Below are positions 61,078 to 64,000 of a DNA stretch of 64,000 nt, piece by piece. Made by a program: the position numbers and the translations under genes. Every line of letters begins with the position of its first letter. Positions within the stretch are counted from its first letter, which is position 1. The stretch is from Clostridia bacterium (GTDB taxonomy: Bacteria > Bacillota > Clostridia > JAAYHZ01): contig JBMNIH010000007.1 in the NCBI GenBank assembly GCA_050950825.1, positions 224,001 through 288,000 of the forward strand, read 5' to 3'. The notes below the pieces were generated by a model. It made no database searches and was not told the origin of the DNA. It worked only from the letters and a program-made list of their open reading frames with translations.

Positions 61078-61692
61078 TCATCTAATTATAGGCAATCCGT
61101 ATTTATGAAACGCCGCAATCAATTTTTCCCAATGGGGTGGATAGGCATTACTGCCATAACGCTTAATTGTTGTACCATTATCAAATGTAACATTAAGCTC
61201 CCATTGAGTTCCATCCAATACATTCTGGTTAATATAGCAGCTTTTCCAATCAATGAAATAACATCTAAGTAAATCTTTATTAAATTCAGCCCATTTATGG
61301 ACTATAGGAATTAAGGAAATATTACAGTCTGCTAACTCAGATTTAATATCAATATAATGACTGTCTGATGCCACATGCCTTAATATTTTGCCAAATTTTT
61401 GCTCATGCAAATATACCCAGTGGGATGTACCAAAATACCCTCCAACATAAAAATATAATTCTCTAACAAAAGCAGGTTTGGTAAAGTAATTACCCCCAAA
61501 GTCTTTTCCACAAGAATTACAATGGTGGGTAGGAGAAGGAATTGCAATACAGCATCCTCCAAGCACTACTTCCTTTTTATCAAGTTTATTCTGCAATTCC
61601 TGTGTCATTGCAGGCATACCCCATAATATTGTTGCCGTATTCTTTGAGCCACAGCGTGGACAAATCCTTCTTGGCAAAACTATCACCTTCAT
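61078..61692 (-). CDS. Hypothetical protein with an N-terminal Cys-rich (zinc-binding) domain
   Basis: CPRCGS..ILWGMP..LGGCC..CNSCG and a C-terminal DGTQWEL..GSNAYP; start codon uncertain. Confidence 0.7.
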   Translation of the reverse strand: MKVIVLPRRICPRCGSKNTATILWGMPAMTQELQNKLDKKEVVLGGCCIAIPSPTHHCNSCGKDFGGNYFTKPAFVRELYFYVGGYFGTSHWVYLHEQKFGKILRHVASDSHYIDIKSELADCNISLIPIVHKWAEFNKDLLRCYFIDWKSCYINQNVLDGTQWELNVTFDNGTTIKRYGSNAYPPHWEKLIAAFHKYGLPIIR

Positions 61693-61714
61693 TACTTTGC
61701 TGAACGCATCATAT

Positions 61715-62935
61715 TTATTTGCATAAAAAGTCCATTGCCTGCTGTTCGCCATATTCTATAGCAATTTCCACTGCACGTTTGGCTTTTTCAAGCAGTGTTT
61801 TTGCTTCACGCCTCGCTGCGTGAGATTGCTGAACTAACGCTGAGATTTCTTTTTCCCTATCTGCCAATAGGCGTGGTATCCATGTCTTTTGCACTTGTGA
61901 TGGTTTCCAATGTTTTATAATTGAACCACCAACACTTTGTTCAATTTGTAATTGAACAAATATAGAGTTAAGTACGAGCTCAAGGTAGTATGGTGGTATA
62001 TCTTCAATAAGTGAAAGCCGCAAAATTCCACTTGCAATAATCCCTTGTACAGATTCATCTAAAAAGTATGCAATCCCAGGCGTAGCGTCTTTTGATAGAA
62101 GTATTTCTCCTTGTTGAGGCTCATACTTTTCTCGTAAAACATTGTAGAGTTCTTTACTTATGAAGTTAACTGTGTCATCAACTATTCCATGTTTACTAAG
62201 ATTGCTCACACGCAAAAAGAGAATACCCGATTCTGTATAAGCTGAGCTCCCGACTTCAATCCCTTTAGTATAAAGTGTAATCTTGCCAAGCAGCTGAAGG
62301 TAAACATTTGAAGGTAGTCTATCAAACATTTCCTTATACTTCGGTTGAAAAGCAATATATTCTTGTATATTGGTTAATAACGGTACTTTTATCAGGCCAA
62401 TTTGCCATAAAAACACATGCTGTTGAATACTTCCTACAGGAAGGCGTTGAGTTTGGAATCTACCATATTTTGAATTAAGAAATGTAGAGAGTAAGTAAGG
62501 ATTAATAATGTCAGCAACTGTTATTTTCGCCAAATCTTGGCTTGAGTTAATAGGGTATTTCCATTTATCGCTAGCAACGCAGGAGTTTCCAACCGAACCT
62601 GACATAGCTAATAAGACATTTCGTGGTTTAATCTCTGATTTCCAAAGTAGTTTATGAGCGTCTTTAGTTATTCTTACTACATTTGAAAAATCTGCATATC
62701 CTTCTTTTATGTCAATTGCACGTAGAAAGGGTATGCCTTTTTCTTGATATGTAACTTGATTCATTAGAGAATAAGCACCAAAACTCTTAATTGACTTTAC
62801 GAGTTTCTTTAGAGGTAACGGATTTGATGCTAGTAATATTTCTTCAAGTTTAGCATATTCTGGACGATAGTATTCAGCATCAATTCGAGTACCGCATTCC
62901 AATTCTTTTTTTGAAACAATTGATATTACAGCCAT
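61715..62935 (-). CDS. hsdS: Type I-like restriction specificity subunit (two TRDs), probably internally deleted
   Basis: RIDAEYY, GIPFLR, GSVG, FLNSKYG..Q; a second TRD (FLRVSNL, ILLSKD, LNS.FV..Q); C-terminal helix. Confidence 0.8.
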   Translation of the reverse strand: MAVISIVSKKELECGTRIDAEYYRPEYAKLEEILLASNPLPLKKLVKSIKSFGAYSLMNQVTYQEKGIPFLRAIDIKEGYADFSNVVRITKDAHKLLWKSEIKPRNVLLAMSGSVGNSCVASDKWKYPINSSQDLAKITVADIINPYLLSTFLNSKYGRFQTQRLPVGSIQQHVFLWQIGLIKVPLLTNIQEYIAFQPKYKEMFDRLPSNVYLQLLGKITLYTKGIEVGSSAYTESGILFLRVSNLSKHGIVDDTVNFISKELYNVLREKYEPQQGEILLSKDATPGIAYFLDESVQGIIASGILRLSLIEDIPPYYLELVLNSIFVQLQIEQSVGGSIIKHWKPSQVQKTWIPRLLADREKEISALVQQSHAARREAKTLLEKAKRAVEIAIEYGEQQAMDFLCK

Positions 62936-62937
62936 TT

Positions 62938-64000
62938 TTACTCCTCCGTCCAAAAATCAAATCCCTGTTCTTTTGCAAAAGCAATAAAAGCCTCTGCAAT
63001 TTCATCAAGGTCGTGGTCAACGATTAGGTGACCATGTTCATCCAGCATCAATTCGCCGTTTCCATCTTTCTTGTAAATCGGTTCACCGCTGTTGTCTTTA
63101 CCACCATTTTCAGATACTGCAAAGAAAATCGGATAATCAAGTTCTTCTGCGGCTCTATCTGATAACCATGTCTCCCTATATCGAGAAAGCAATTTTTCAT
63201 CATCAAGTAGATACTTAATCTGTCCTTTAATAGAGCGTGATGCCAGTTTACGTTCAGCCTCTGCCAATGTCCTTTTGAGTGCAGCTTTTCCTTTTGCTCG
63301 TCCTGGCATTGCGGCAAGTTGCGCTTTAAGATTTTCAATGCGCTCTTGAAGTTCATCGTCGCTTTCGGTCTGTGTTTCTTCGTTTTTGATTTCATCTCCA
63401 TTATTTTCTAATTCGACGGTATCGTCTTCTTCAAATTCAGCTTGCAGGAACGACATCAAAAGCGGTGGTAAGTCGTCTTCGGTCAGTTCCTCTCTTTCGC
63501 TCAAGGTTCTAATTTCGGCATAATGATTATCCCATTCAGCTATATGCCGATTCTGCACTTCTCGTATATTGGCTAATTCTTCATCAGTATATTTTTGCAG
63601 AAAAACAACGCTGGTTTTTGTACCGGTATGCGGCTTAAAAGTATTAGGATGTAAGCCAACGACGGCCAAGATACGAGCTTTACTGAAAAGAAAGTTACGG
63701 ATAAATAAGTCGTTCGTATTATTGAGACGGCCTTGCGGCAGTACAATTGCCATTCTGCCTCCGGGCTTTAGAAAATTAAGGTTGCGTTCAATAAATAGAA
63801 TATCTCGCCCTATTTTAGAGACCGTCTTACCATTCTTTTCTGCAAGTCGGTATTGACGCAAAATTTCACGCTCGCTTATGCTACCCGCAAACGGTGGATT
63901 GGTCATCAGTATATCAAAATCAAAGTATTGAAAGTTGCGTTGGTTAGCTTCGTCTTGCTCGTAGTTACTAAATCGGGTTAACAGCGGACGAAAAGCTGCT
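62938..64000 (-). CDS. N6-adenine DNA methyltransferase (HsdM/type IIG-like), 3' part; continues beyond the window
   Basis: FDILMTNPPF, LFIER.L..LKPGGRMAIVLPQG and GTKTSVVFLQK motifs; frame open to the window edge. Confidence 0.9.
   Translation of the reverse strand, partial: AAFRPLLTRFSNYEQDEANQRNFQYFDFDILMTNPPFAGSISEREILRQYRLAEKNGKTVSKIGRDILFIERNLNFLKPGGRMAIVLPQGRLNNTNDLFIRNFLFSKARILAVVGLHPNTFKPHTGTKTSVVFLQKYTDEELANIREVQNRHIAEWDNHYAEIRTLSEREELTEDDLPPLLMSFLQAEFEEDDTVELENNGDEIKNEETQTESDDELQERIENLKAQLAAMPGRAKGKAALKRTLAEAERKLASRSIKGQIKYLLDDEKLLSRYRETWLSDRAAEELDYPIFFAVSENGGKDNSGEPIYKKDGNGELMLDEHGHLIVDHDLDEIAEAFIAFAKEQGFDFWTEE

Noticed and set aside
223-63856. Numerous ORFs antisense to or nested within well-supported genes in the six-frame track
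   Set aside because: Shadow ORFs without motifs or translation signals.
1-64000. tRNA or rRNA genes
   Set aside because: None recognised by eye; the integration sites here are protein-coding 3' ends rather than tRNAs.

Overview
Window from a Firmicute (Clostridia-like) chromosome with three parts. (1) 1-~12.7 kb is an AT-rich accessory island. It holds a tyrosine recombinase gene broken by two insertions (a DDE+ExeA-ATPase transposon and an IS4-like element), a nested IS3/IS1182 pair, a two-gene CBASS-type locus (SMODS nucleotidyltransferase + S-4TM effector), an IS256 and a decapitated Phd/RelE-type toxin-antitoxin pair. (2) ~12.8-54.8 kb is mostly core genes (fprA, tsaEB, rimI, uvrC, tig-clpPX, uppP, tsaD, nnr, ndoAI-ndoA, birA, tmk-darA-holB-ricT, rlmD), plus a second IS1182 copy and a candidate sRNA. 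(3) From the rlmD 3' end onward there are tandem site-specific insertions, each starting with a copy of the rlmD C-terminal codons (HVECV...) and a homologous leader. The first is a 2.4 kb mini-element (transglutaminase-like gene + short serine recombinase). The second is a defence island (McrBC with two PUA/EVE-like reader domains, HsdS/HsdM-like genes) that runs off the window. The most notable unexplained structures are a ~30 bp diverged copy of the tyrosine recombinase's own catalytic 3' codons placed exactly at the end of the CBASS operon, and the cassette-array-like organisation at rlmD. All family calls come from motif recognition by eye; no database searches were run.
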